NCBI RefSeq assembly: GCF_004010195.1
Contig: NC_057754.1
Span: forward strand, 3,469,634 to 3,533,511
From: Chiloscyllium plagiosum
Taxonomy: Eukaryota
DNA length: 63,878 nucleotides
Reading direction: 5' to 3'
In this document: one piece after another, positions 51,162-63,609 of the stretch
Layout of the letters: each line of letters starts with the position of its first letter
Numbering within the stretch: position 1 is the first letter of the stretch
Translations under genes and position numbers: made by a program
The notes under the pieces: model-generated
The model's database searches: none
What the model saw: the letters and a program-made list of their open reading frames with translations, nothing else
What the model was told of the DNA's origin: nothing

Positions 51162-54100
51162 TGTATAACACTAGGGTACAGTACTGATGGGGACAGGTCT
51201 GTCCCTGTATAACACTAGGGTACAGTACTGGTGGGGACAGGTCTGTCGCTGTATAACACTGGGGTACAGTACTGGTGGGGACAGGTCTGTCACTGTGTAA
51301 CACTGGGGTACAGTACTGGTGGGGACAGGTCTGTCACTGTATAACACTGGGGTACAGTACTGGTGGGGACAGGTCTGTCACTGTATAACACTGGGGTACA
51401 GTACTGGTGGGGACAGGTCTGTCACTGTATAACACTGGGGTACAGTACTGGTGGGGACAGGTCTGTCACTGTATAACACTGGGGTACAGTACTGGTGGGG
51501 ACAGGTCTGTCACTGTATAACACTGGGGTACAGTACTGGTGGGGACAGGTCTGTCACTGTATAACACTGGGGTACAGTACTGGTGGGGACAGGTCTGTTA
51601 CTGTATAACACTGGGGTACAGTACTGGTGGGGACAGGTCTGTCACTGTATAACACTGGGGTACAGTACTGGTGGGGACAGGTCTGTCACTGTATAACACT
51701 GGGGTACAGTACTGGTGGGGACAGGTCTGTCACTGTATAACACTGGGGTACAGTACTGGTGGGGACAGGTCTGTCACTGTATAACACTGGGGTACAGTAC
51801 TGGTGGGGACAGGTCTGTCACTGTATAACACTGGGGTACAGTACTGGTGGGGACAGGTCTGTCACTGTATAACACTGGGGTACAGTACTGGTGGGGACAG
51901 GTCTGTTACTGTATAACACTGGGGTACAGTACTGGTGGGGACAGGTCTGTCACTGTATAACACTGGGGTACAGTACTGGTGGGGACAGGTCTGTCACTGT
52001 ATAACACTGGGGTACAGTACTGGTGGGGACAGGTCTGTCACTGTATAACACTGGGGTACAGTACTGGTGGGGACAGGTCTGTCACTGTATAACACTGGGG
52101 TACAGTACTGGTGGGGACAGGTCTGTCACTGTATAACACTGGGGTACAGTACTGGTGGGGACAGGTCTGTCACTGTATAACACTGGGGTACAGTACTGGT
52201 GGGGACAGGTCTGTTACTGTATAACACTGGGGTACAGTACTGGTGGGGACAGGTCTGTCACTGTATAACACTGGGGTACAGTACTGGTGGGGACAGGTCT
52301 GTCACTGTATAACACTGGGGTACAGTACTGGTGGGGACAGGTCTGTCACTGTATAACACTGGGGTACAGTACTGGTGGGGACAGGTCTGTCACTGTATAA
52401 CACTGGGGTACAGTACTGGTGGGGACAGGTCTGTCACTGTATAACACTGGGGTACAGTACTGGTGGGGACAGGTCTGTCACTGTATAACACTGGGGTACA
52501 GTACTGGTGGGGACAGGTCTGTTACTGTATAACACTGGGGTACAGTACTGGTGGGGACAGGTCTGTCACTGTATAACACTGGGGTACAGTACTGGTGGGG
52601 ACAGGTCTGTCACTGTATAACACTGGGGTACAGTACTGGTGGGGACAGGTCTGTCACTGTATAACACTGGGGTACAGTACTGGTGGGGACAGGTCTGTCA
52701 CTGTATAACACTGGGGTACAGTACTGGTGGGGACAGGTCTGTCACTGTATAACACTGGGGTACAGTACTGGTGGGGACAGGTCTGTCACTGTATAACACT
52801 GGGGTACAGTACTGGTGGGGACAGGTCTGTTACTGTATAACACTGGGGTACAGTACTGGTGGGGACAGGTCTGTCACTGTATAACACTGGGGTACAGTAC
52901 TGGTGGGGACAGGTCTGTCACTGTATAACACTGGGGTACAGTACTGGTGGGGACAGGTCTGTCACTGTATAACACTGGGGTACAGTACTGGTGGGGACAG
53001 GTCTGTCACTGTATAACACTGGGGTACAGTACTGGTGGGGACAGGTCTGTCACTGTATAACACTGGGGTACAGTACTGGTGGGGACAGGTCTGTCACTGT
53101 ATAACACTGGGGTACAGTACTGGTGGGGACAGGTCTGTTACTGTATAACACTGGGGTACAGTACTGGTGGGGACAGGTCTGTCACTGTATAACACTGGGG
53201 TACAGTACTGGTGGGGACAGGTCTGTCACTGTATAACACTGGGGTACAGTACTGGTGGGGACAGGTCTGTCACTGTATAACACTGGGGTACAGTACTGGT
53301 GGGGACAGGTCTGTCACTGTATAACACTGGGGTACAGTACTGGTGGGGACAGGTCTGTCACTGTATAACACTGGGGTACAGTACTGGTGGGGACAGGTCT
53401 GTCACTGTATAACACTGGGGTACAGTACTGGTGGGGACAGGTCTGTTACTGTATAACACTGGGGTACAGTACTGGTGGGGACAGGTCTGTCACTGTATAA
53501 CACTGGGGTACAGTACTGGTGGGGACAGGTCTGTCACTGTATAACACTGGGGTACAGTACTGGTGGGGACAGGTCTGTCACTGTATAACACTGGGGTACA
53601 GTACTGGTGGGGACAGGTCTGTCACTGTATAACACTGGGGTACAGTACTGGTGGGGACAGGTCTGTCACTGTATAACACTGGGGTACAGTACTGGTGGGG
53701 ACAGGTCTGTCACTGTATAACACTGGGGTACAGTACTGGTGGGGACAGGTCTGTTACTGTATAACACTGGGGTACAGTACTGGTGGGGACAGGTCTGTCA
53801 CTGTATAACACTGGGGTACAGTACTGGTGGGGACAGGTCTGTCACTGTATAACACTGGGGTACAGTACTGGTGGGGACAGGTCTGTCACTGTATAACACT
53901 GGGGTACAGTACTGGTGGGGACAGGTCTGTCACTGTATAACACTGGGGTACAGTACTGGTGGGGACAGGTCTGTCACTGTATAACACTGGGGTACAGTAC
54001 TGGTGGGGACAGGTCTGTCACTGTATAACACTGGGGTACAGTACTGGTGGGGACAGGTCTGTTACTGTATAACACTGGGGTACAGTACTGGTGGGGACAG

Positions 54101-55663
54101 GTCTGTCACTGTATAACACTGGGGTACAGTACTGGTGGGGACAGGTCTGTCACTGTATAACACTGGGGTACAGTACTGGTGGGGACAGGTCTGTCACTGT
54201 ATAACACTGGGGTACAGTACTGGTGGGGACAGGTCTGTCACTGTATAACACTGGGGTACAGTACTGGTGGGGACAGGTCTGTCACTGTATAACACTGGGG
54301 TACAGTACTGGTGGGGACAGGTCTGTCACTGTATAACACTGGGGTACAGTACTGGTGGGGACAGGTCTGTCACTGTATAACACTGGGGTACAGTACTGGT
54401 GGGGACAGGTCTGTCACTGTATAACACTGGGGTACAGTACTGGTGGGGACAGGTCTGTCACTGTATAACACTGGGGTACAGTACTGGTGGGGACAGGTCT
54501 GTTACTGTATAACACTGGGGTACAGTACTGGTGGGGACAGGTCTGTCACTGTATAACACTGGGGTACAGTACTGGTGGGGACAGGTCTGTCACTGTATAA
54601 CACTGGGGTACAGTACTGGTGGGGACAGGTCTGTCACTGTATAACACTGGGGTACAGTACTGGTGGGGACAGGTCTGTCACTGTATAACACTGGGGTACA
54701 GTACTGGTGGGGACAGGTCTGTCACTGTATAACACTGGGGTACAGTACTGGTGGGGACAGGTCTGTCACTGTATAACACTGGGGTACAGTACTGGTGGGG
54801 ACAGGTCTGTCACTGTATAACACTGGGGTACAGTACTGGTGGGGACAGGTCTGTCACTGTATAACACTGGGGTACAGTACTGGTGGGGACAGGTCTGTCA
54901 CTGTATAACACTGGGGTACAGTACTGGTGGGGACAGGTCTGTCACTGTATAACACTGGGGTACAGTACTGGTGGGGACAGGTCTGTCACTGTATAACACT
55001 GGGGTACAGTACTGGTGGGGACAGGTCTGTCACTGTATAACACTGGGGTACAGTACTGGTGGGGACAGGTCTGTCACTGTATAACACTGGGGTACAGTAC
55101 TGGTGGGGACAGGTCTGTCACTGTATAACACTGGGGTACAGTACTGGTGGGGACAGGTCTGTCACTGTATAACACTGGGGTACAGTACTGGTGGGGACAG
55201 GTCTGTCACTGTATAACACTGGGGTACAGTACTGGTGGGGACAGGTCTGTCACTGTATAACACTGGGGTACAGTACTGGTGGGGACAGGTCTGTCACTGT
55301 ATAATACTGGGGTACAGTACTGGTGGGGACGGGTCTGTCACTGTATAACACTGGGGTACAATACTGGTGGGGACAGGTCTGTCCCTGTACAACACTGGGG
55401 TACAATACTGGTGGGGACAGGTCAGTCACTGTATAACACTGGGGTACAGTACCAGTGGGGACAGGTCTGTCGCTGTATAACACTGGGGTACAGTACCGGT
55501 GGGGACAGGTCTGCCACTGTATAACACTAGGGTACAGTACTGGTGGCGACAGGTCTGTCACTGTATAACACTGGGGTACAGTACTGGTGGGGACAGGTCT
55601 GCCACTGTATAACACTGGGGTACAGTACTGATGGGGTCAGGTCTGTCACTGTATAATACTAGG
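51162..55663. repeat. 44-bp minisatellite, ~102 copies (ctgtataacactggggtacagtactggtggggacaggtctgtca)
   Basis: Direct reading: line pattern recurs every 660 nt (15x44). Core homogeneous, edges diverged. Confidence 0.98.
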
Positions 55664-56117
55664 ACTGGATACGAGGTAGGAACTGAGGGAGCAGCCACTG
55701 TACCGAGGGCCAAGTTTGTGCCTGGGAACAGGACAGGACTCAGTGAATGAAAGAATGTTGTATTTCAGGTTTATAAGACAGGTTTGGGCCCTGCCTCAGC
55801 CTGATGTGTCTGTAGTTTATGGATTGTGCCTTGATATATCTCCAAGCTCAGAAACTCCGTCATCATTCTGGTGACATTGTTTGACAGGCGGAACCACAGC
55901 GTCAGGGAAGAGGCAGGGGACAGTGGACAGTCACCACCAGCCTGTCAGGCTCTGCAATATGACTTCATTGATCCTGAAACTTACTCATACAGGCATTCTG
56001 ACAGTTTCGTAATGACATGGTTCAAAACACTTTGCAGGCAACGCTGTACACAAACAGTCAGATCCCACGGATGATTGTCACACACTGAAATCAGTTGGCA
56101 GGGGGTGAAGGAAGTCA

Positions 56118-56380
56118 GCTTTACTCTGTATCTAACCCTGTGCTGCTCCTGTCCTGGCAGTGTTTGATGGTGCAGACAGTGTAGAGGGAGCTTTACGCTG
56201 TATCTAACCCCATGCTGTCCCTGTCCTGGGAGTGTTTGATGGGGGGACAGTGTAGAGGGAGCTTTACTCTGTATCTAACCCCGTGCTGTCCCTGTCCTGG
56301 GAGTGTTTGATGGGAGATAGTGTAGAGGGAGCTTTACTCTGTATCTACCCTGAGGTATGTATGCCCGGGGAGTGTTTGAT
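56118..56380. repeat. ~69-bp minisatellite, ~4 copies
   Basis: Same unit as 44581-45085. Confidence 0.88.
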
Positions 56381-57082
56381 TTCCCTTATCCCTTAACCAC
56401 GGTGTCTTGTCTCGTTGAGGGAGCCTCCTCCTTTCTCCATCATTTCTGCAGGGTTGGCGGGGTCAGTTTTCATCAGTGCCCAGCACAGAGTGGCACTCAC
56501 AGCCCAGTGGCAGGAGGGGCATCACTGGGCTATCCTAATCTGACCTTTTCGCCCGGAGGATGGTGACTGTGGGGTGGGGAGAGAATTGGACACTGCGTAC
56601 GAGAGAGTGGGGAGAGAGAGCTGCTGTGGGGGTTAAAAACAGACAAGGCGTCATGTTTGTGAGATTGCGCCTGGGTTTGGTTTATTTTCTCGCTCTCGGA
56701 AAGGTTAATCTCAGCCCTGAAGAATCCTGTTTTCAGTGACGCAATCCTGGGGCAGGGCACAAGCTGTCAGAGGGGCCGTTCCGAAAATGTCTCCCTCTTG
56801 AAGGAGCCACGCCCATCCTCCTGGTTTGGACCTCTCCATGCCCTCGTCTGTAATCCGAACTCCTCCAACAGCACGCAGTCGGCTTTTCCAAGAGAGGAAA
56901 ATGCTTTGCAGCGCGGTTGGGTGAAAGAAATAAATGAGTGTGGAACCACGGCAGGAATTAACAGGGACAGGTGTCCAAAAGCTCAGTGGAGGAGGTCATT
57001 TTCAGAGTTGTCTTCAATTGGGGAGGTGGTGGGAGGATAGGCAGAGAGATTTAGAAAGGAAGGGGGCCACAGCTAGCAAATA

Positions 57083-57377
57083 GGGGCGGCACGGTGGCTC
57101 AGTGGTTAGCACTGCTGCCTCACAGCGCTAGGGACCCAGGTTCGATCCCAGCCTCAGGCGACTGTCTGTGTGGAGTTTGCACATTCTCCCCCTGTCTGCG
57201 TGGGTTTCCTCCCACAGTCCAAGGATGTGCAGGTTAGGGTGGATTGGCCGTGCTCAATTGCCCCATAGTGTTAGGTGCGTTAGTCAGAAGGAAATGGGTC
57301 TGGGTGGGATGCTCTTCGAAGGGTTGGTGTGGATGTGTTGGGCTGCAGGGCCTGTTTCCACACCGTAGGGAATCTAA
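57083..57377 (+). mobile_element. HE1-type tRNA-derived V-SINE
   Basis: Pol III A box TGGCTCAGTGG (57095) and B box GGTTCGATCC (57139), V-domain tgtgtggagtttgcacattctccc, CR1-like tail. Confidence 0.85.
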
Positions 57378-59258
57378 ACTGGGGACAGAAGCCAGGAGTC
57401 AGAATGGCAGCGGGAGCGCTGAGATCCTCTGGGGGATTGACAGGTGGGAGAAATCACTGCGACTGGGTAGGGCTCACACGATGCGGTCCGTGTCCTGCGC
57501 AGAATCAGCAACAGCCTCGTTGATCCTGCTTCTAATTACGTCCTGCTTTTTGCATCTAATTTGCCTCCCCCCAGCAAGCTGCCGACAATGTAGGAACACT
57601 CATGATCACTCGGAACCGGCCTGTGTTAAAGCGTGCTGGGGAAGCGAAGGCCTAGTGGTAATGTCACTCGGCTATTAATCCAAAGAATGTTCCCTGGGGA
57701 CCTGGGTTCAAATCTTGCCTTGGCAGATGAATTCGGTAAAGAATATGGAATTAAGACTCAGCTAATGACCATAGAACTGTACAGGACAGGAATGGGCCCT
57801 TCGGCCCACAATGTTGTGCCGAACGTGATACCAATTAAACTAATCCCTTCTGCCTGCCCTTGGTCCATATCCCTCCATCCCTTGTATATTCATGTGTTTA
57901 CTGAAAGCCCCCTAAATCCCCCTATTGTATCTGCCTTCACCATTACCTCAGGCAGTGTGTTCCAGACTCCCACCACTGTCTGTGAAAAAAAAACAACTTG
58001 CCCCTCACACCCGAGATGCACCTCCCCTAGTTCTAGACATGCCCCCTCTGGGGGAAAAGGATTCTGACCGTCAACCCTATCTCATAATTTTATCGACTTC
58101 TATCAAGTCTCCCCTCAGCCTCGATTGACAGTTGTTGAAAAAACCCATCCAGTTCACTAATGTGCTTCAGGGCCTACACGTGACTCCAGACAGCAACATG
58201 GTTGTCCACACTGACCAGAGATCCTAAATTAATCCAGTCCCATTTGCCAGCATTTGGCCCATATCCCTCCAAACCCTTCCTATTCATGTCCCCATCCAGC
58301 TGCCTTTTAAATGTTGCCATTGTACCAGCCTCCACCACTTCCTCTGGCAGCTCATTCCACACATACACCACCCTCTGCGTGAAAAAGTTGCCCCTTAGAT
58401 CCATTTTAAATCTTGCCCCCTCACCTTAAACTTTTACTCTCTAGTTCATGACTCTCCTATCCTGGGAAAAAAAATACCCTTTGCGATTCACCCTATCCAT
58501 GCCCCTCGTGATTTTATTAGGAGAGGAAGAGGCGTAGATTCAGAAAAAGATGGCCATTTTCCGTTTCTCTGTACTCCTATGGTTTCTGGGTGCGAGATTA
58601 CTGATCCAGTCTGGCATGGCGACTAATCCTTGCCACAGAATCTCCTCCCTTCACTATTAGTCTCAGGGATCTCCGTGAAGCAATCTCCTTAATCCTGATT
58701 AATTGACTAATCCACTGGCTGGGACAGTTACTGCTCGCTCTCACATGCTTCCCTGTCACCCATCTCGGCAGAGGCTGCATTGCATCATGGGTGAGGCATT
58801 TGCTTTCCTCTGGGGTCCTGGGCCTCAGTTCCAACAGCACAGGTTGTTCAGCCCATCTAACTTCAAACAATCCATCCAACTACCATCCTATATCCTCCTA
58901 CTGCTCACCTTCCTGCAAATTTCTCCTTTACCGGTATTTATCTGACTCCCAAAAAGTGAATCAGTTCCCCCTACCCTTTCAGGCAATCCATCCCAGAGTC
59001 ACACCAACTTGTTGCCTCAATTAAAATATTCCCCTCTCTCCCCCCTCCTCTTTTCCTGACTCCTCTTCAATCTGCGTTTGACTGACCCACTTGGGAATGA
59101 TTTCTCCAAATTCACTCAACCTCCATCCGATCGTGCCCCTTAACCTCCTCCACTCTCAGGGGAGCATTCCCAGTCTCTCCACATTGACTGAAATCCAAGA
59201 TGGCGCCAATTTCATGCAACTCCTTGTGAGATCCCTACAGCAGGTCTAACTCTAACAT

Positions 59259-60150
59259 TTCTTATAACCTTTAGGGTGTAGGTTTGCTCGCTGAGCTGTA
59301 GGTTTGATATCCAGATGTTCATTACCTGGCTAGGTACCATCATCAGTGGCGACCTCCAAGTGAAGCGAAGCTGTTGTCTCCTGCTTTCTATTTATATATT
59401 TGTCCTGGATGGGGTTCCTGGGGTTTGTGGTGAAAAAAACTGGGCCAACACATCTGTCCTGGGACAGGCTAAGCAAAGACTTGCCAGAGAATTCCTAGAG
59501 GCCTGGCACTCCAACCACAANNNNNNNNNNNNNNNNNNNNNNCGTTTCGGGCATAAGCCCTTCTTCAGGAAGAAGGGCTTATGCCCGAAACGTCGATTCT
59601 CCTGCTCCTTTGATGCTGCCTGACCTGCTGCGCTTTTCCAGCAACACATTTTTAAGCTCTGATCTCCAGCATCTGAAGTCCTCACTTTCTCCTTCAGAGG
59701 GATATGAGCCAAGTGCTGGCAAATGGGACTAGGATATGTGGTCAGCATGGCCAAATTGGACCGAAGGGTCTGTTTCCTTGCTGTACAGCTCTCTGACTGA
59801 AGAGAAGACAGGCTAAGCAAAGACATGCTAGAGAATACCTAGAGGCCTGGCACTCCAACCACAATGCCATAAACAAACACATAGATCTCGATACCATCTA
59901 TCAACCCCTCAGAAAACGAACAGGAAATGACATCACCACAAACCCCAGGAACCCCATCCAGGACAAACATATAAATAAAAAGCAGGAGACAACGGCTTCG
60001 CTTCACTTGGATGTCGCCACTAATGATGTTACCTAGCCAGGTAATGAACGTCTGGATATCAAACCTACAGCTCAGCGAGCAAACCTACACCCTAAACCTC
60101 AACCTGAGCTACAAACCTTCACAAACCTTGCAAAAAAAATTCTTATAACC
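59259..60150. mobile_element. Penelope-like fold-back insertion spanning a 22-N assembly gap, with nested HHR-family and CR1-tail pieces
   Basis: Inverted arms 59270-59433 / 59933-60096, peptide LGQAKQR.AREFLEAWHSNH..INKHIDLDTIYQPL, and direct repeat TTCTTATAACC at 59259-59269 and 60140-60150. Confidence 0.75.
59521..59542. other. Assembly gap (22 N)
   Basis: N run. Confidence 1.
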
Positions 60151-60689
60151 GTTCCTACACTTTTAAGTCTCTTTCATCTGTACATCATTGCTTCCAATCA
60201 CCTGCCTGTACTGCTTGTAAACGAAACGTTTCTTTGATTTATTTATTGTCACATGTACAGAAGTACAATCAATAAATCAATCAAATTCCTCATTGCCTGG
60301 GACCATTTCTATAAACCTTCCCTGCCCCCTCTCCCAATGCCTGAACATCTTTTCTTGAGATTGGAACACAGTGGAGACCAAAGCAGCCTCTTGAGTATGA
60401 CTAGTTTGATTGTATTCACTCCCAGGATGAGTAAGTGACTAGGCCCAGCATTTAGTGAACCAGATGGGTTTGTTTTTTGGATGGGTATATGAATAGGAAG
60501 GGTTTAAGAGGGATATGGGCCGAATGCTGGCAAATGGGACGAGATGAATTTCGGATATTTGGTCAGCGTGGACAAGTTGGACTGGAGGGTCTGTATGACT
60601 CTATGACTCCATACGTGTATCACTTTCCTATCAATGCATCAACACTGTTCACCCCAGCCATAGTATTAATCTGCACTTGATTGGCTGGG

Positions 60690-61180
60690 ATTAATCACGA
60701 ACCGTTGGCATGGGAAGGGAAGGTCATGTCTGACCAATGTGATTGACATTTTTCGAAGAAATGACCCAGTGTGGAGATGAGGCTGATACATTTGACCTCA
60801 GCAAGGCTTTTGCTAAGGTCCTGCATGGGGAGACTGATAGTGAACGGAAGAGTGCCTGGGGGGGAGTGTTTGTGTGATCTGCGTCCGGAGGGGTTCCACG
60901 GGGATCTGTGCTGGGGCCCTCGCTGGTCAATTATTTTGAGTTGAATGGTAGAGGGTGGATCAGTAAGTTTGCAGATGATATGAAAATTGGTGGAATGGTA
61001 ACTCGCGAGGAGGAACAGCGTTAGATTACAGGAGGACACAAACAGACTGGGCAGATTAGTGGCAAATGGAATTCAATCCAGAGAACTGGGAGGTGATGCA
61101 CTTGGGCTGAGCAAACAAGGAATACATGATGAACGATAGGACCTTAGGGAGCTCTGAAGATCAGAGGGACCTTGCTGTGA
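60690..61180 (+). mobile_element. Decayed CR1 RT fragment
   Basis: Remnants of KAF.KV.H, GVP.GSVLGP and SKFADD (agtaagtttgcagatgat). Confidence 0.7.
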
Positions 61181-61392
61181 ATCTGATTTGATTTATTGTT
61201 ATCACGTGTACCTAAGTACAGGCAGATCATAGCGTGCTTAGACAGAGTGAGGTATACAGGGTTACGCCACATTGGAGGCATGTAAAGCACAATCAACTTT
61301 AGCTTTGAAACTAAACAGGTCATCCAGCAGTCTAATAACAGCAGGGTAACAGCTGTTCTTCAACTTGTTGGTATATGTATTTAAGCTTCTGT

Positions 61393-61589
61393 CGAGAGCG
61401 TGGTGCTGGAAAAGCACAGCAGGTCAGGCAAGCATCCGAGGAGCAGGGGAATCGACGTTACGGGCAATTCCTAATGAAGGGCTTATGCCTGAAACGTCGA
61501 TTCCCCTGCTCCTCGGATGCTTGCCTGACCTGCTGTGCTTTTCCAGCACCGCACTCTCGCCTCTGATCTCCAGCATCTCTCACCTTCTC
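61393..61589. mobile_element. Short non-coding palindromic PLE-terminus element
   Basis: ~73-bp inverted arms 61393-61465 / 61487-61559, hammerhead motif with G5>A (cuAauga), and direct repeat CTTCTGT at 61386-61392 and 61590-61596. Confidence 0.7.
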
Positions 61590-63609
61590 CTTCTGTATCT
61601 TCTGCCTGACCGAAGAGGTAAGAAGGGATTATGACCGGGGGTGGGAGGGGTCTTTAACGATGTTGGCTGCCTTTCTGTGGCAACAAAAGTGTAAATGGAG
61701 TCAATGGATGGGAGGTTGGCTCCCTGATGATCAAGGCTATGTACACCATCTTCTATAGTTTCTTACAGAGCTGGGCAGAGCAGTTAACGTACCAGGTCGT
61801 GATGCACCCAGACAGATGCTTTCTGTAGAGGTTGGTGAGGGTCCTTATGGACGTGCTAAGTTTCCTGAGGAAGAAGAGGCATTGTTGTGTGTTCTTGACT
61901 GCCGCATTGATGTGGGAGGTCCAGGAACAGATTGTCCATCAGTCGGTGGGACGGGTCGATAATGCAGTGAAGGAAGCATATGGGATATCCCCTTTATTAG
62001 CTGAGGCAGAGAGTTTAAGAGCAGGGAAGGCTATGCTGGAACTGTATTGCTTAAGTCACATCTAGAATATTGTGGGAAATCCCCATTATAGGAGGAATGT
62101 GATTGCTCTGGAGAGGGGTGCAGAGGAGATTTCCCAGGATGTTGTCCAGACTTGAAAGTTTGGGTTAGAACATAGAACATAGACAAGTACAGCACAAAAC
62201 AGGCCCTTTGGCCCACGATGTTGTGCTGAGATTTAATCCCAATGTAAAATATAGTAACTTAACCTATGCACCCCTCAACCCACTGCTTTCCATGTGCATG
62301 TCCAGCAGTCGCTTAAATATCCCCAATGATTTCACTTCCACCACCACCGCTGGCAACGCATTCCATGCATTCACAACTCTCTGCGTAAAGAACCTACCTC
62401 TGATGTCTCCTTTATACCTTCCTCCTAATATCTTCAAACTATGACTCCTCGTACCCAGTCAATCCTGCCCTGGGGAAAAAAAACCCTCTCTGGCTATTGA
62501 CTCTATCTATTCCTCTCATTATTTTGTTGTGGAGAGAGATTGGACAGACTGGGGTCGTTATTCTTGAAGCAGAGGAGATGAGTGGGGAGATGTATAAAAT
62601 TACGAGGGGAGGTATCGATAGAGTAGACAGGAAAGAACTTTCCCTTTTTGCTGCTGAGCCAATGGCGAAACAATGATAGTGGGAAGGGGCCGGAGGCTTA
62701 GGGGCGACGTGACGAAGCTATTTTCATCTGGAGAGTAGTAGGAATCAAGACTTCACTGCCTAGAAGGATGGGAGAGATTGAAACTCTCATAACATTGAAG
62801 ACCTATTTAGATGGGCACTTGTGATGCCAGGATGTAAGAAATAAGAACTAGGAGCAGGAGTAGGCCTGAAGCCTGCTCCACCATTCAATGAGATCATAGC
62901 TGATCGTTTCATGGACTCAGCTCTACTCACCCTAATCCTTAATTCCTTCACAGGTCAAAAATCTATCTATCCATACAAGGCTATGGACTAACTGCTGGGA
63001 ATTGGGATTAGAATAGTTGGATGGTTGTGTTGTAGATCGCTGTGACTCCAGACGAACACGTGTCTCCTGAATTTATTTCAATCTGATAATGGCGGCCTCT
63101 ATTGATTGCTGTTCTCCACAAGAGGGGTCATTTGCTCTGCCCAATCAGAATTTTACAGTGCTCAATATTCCCAGAAATACTTCTTTCTGCAGTGCGGAGC
63201 TCCGAGTGGAATATTGGACTCTGTGAGCCAATGTGTCGTCACGCCAATTGGCATGTGTGAGATATCCGCCCTCAGGGGTGCAGTCACCCACTTCATTGGT
63301 CACCCTCTCGCCTTCTGTTTACAAGAGAGAACAGGCCCAGTCTCTCAATCCTTTCATGGTATGGCTATTTCAGTATTTCTTCTCTGCATCTCTCTAGCGC
63401 CTCTATCTCCTGTTTATAACATAGTGGCCAGAACTGAGTGCAGTAACTGCATGTGGTCACCAACGGGTTTGACGCAGCCTCCTGACTTTTCAATTCTCCC
63501 CCACTGAATCCCCACAGTGCGGAAGCAGGCCATTCAGCGCTTACCAACCTTCCGAAGGGCAACCCACCCCTACTCTATCCCTCCACACCTTCATTTCCCA
63601 CAGCTAATC

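Noticed and set aside
51162..55663. CRISPR-like array
   Set aside because: Units abut with no unique spacers, there are no cas genes, and the context is eukaryotic. It is a minisatellite.
57083..57150. tRNA gene
   Set aside because: A/B boxes continue into the V-domain and CR1-like tail, so this is a SINE head rather than a tRNA.
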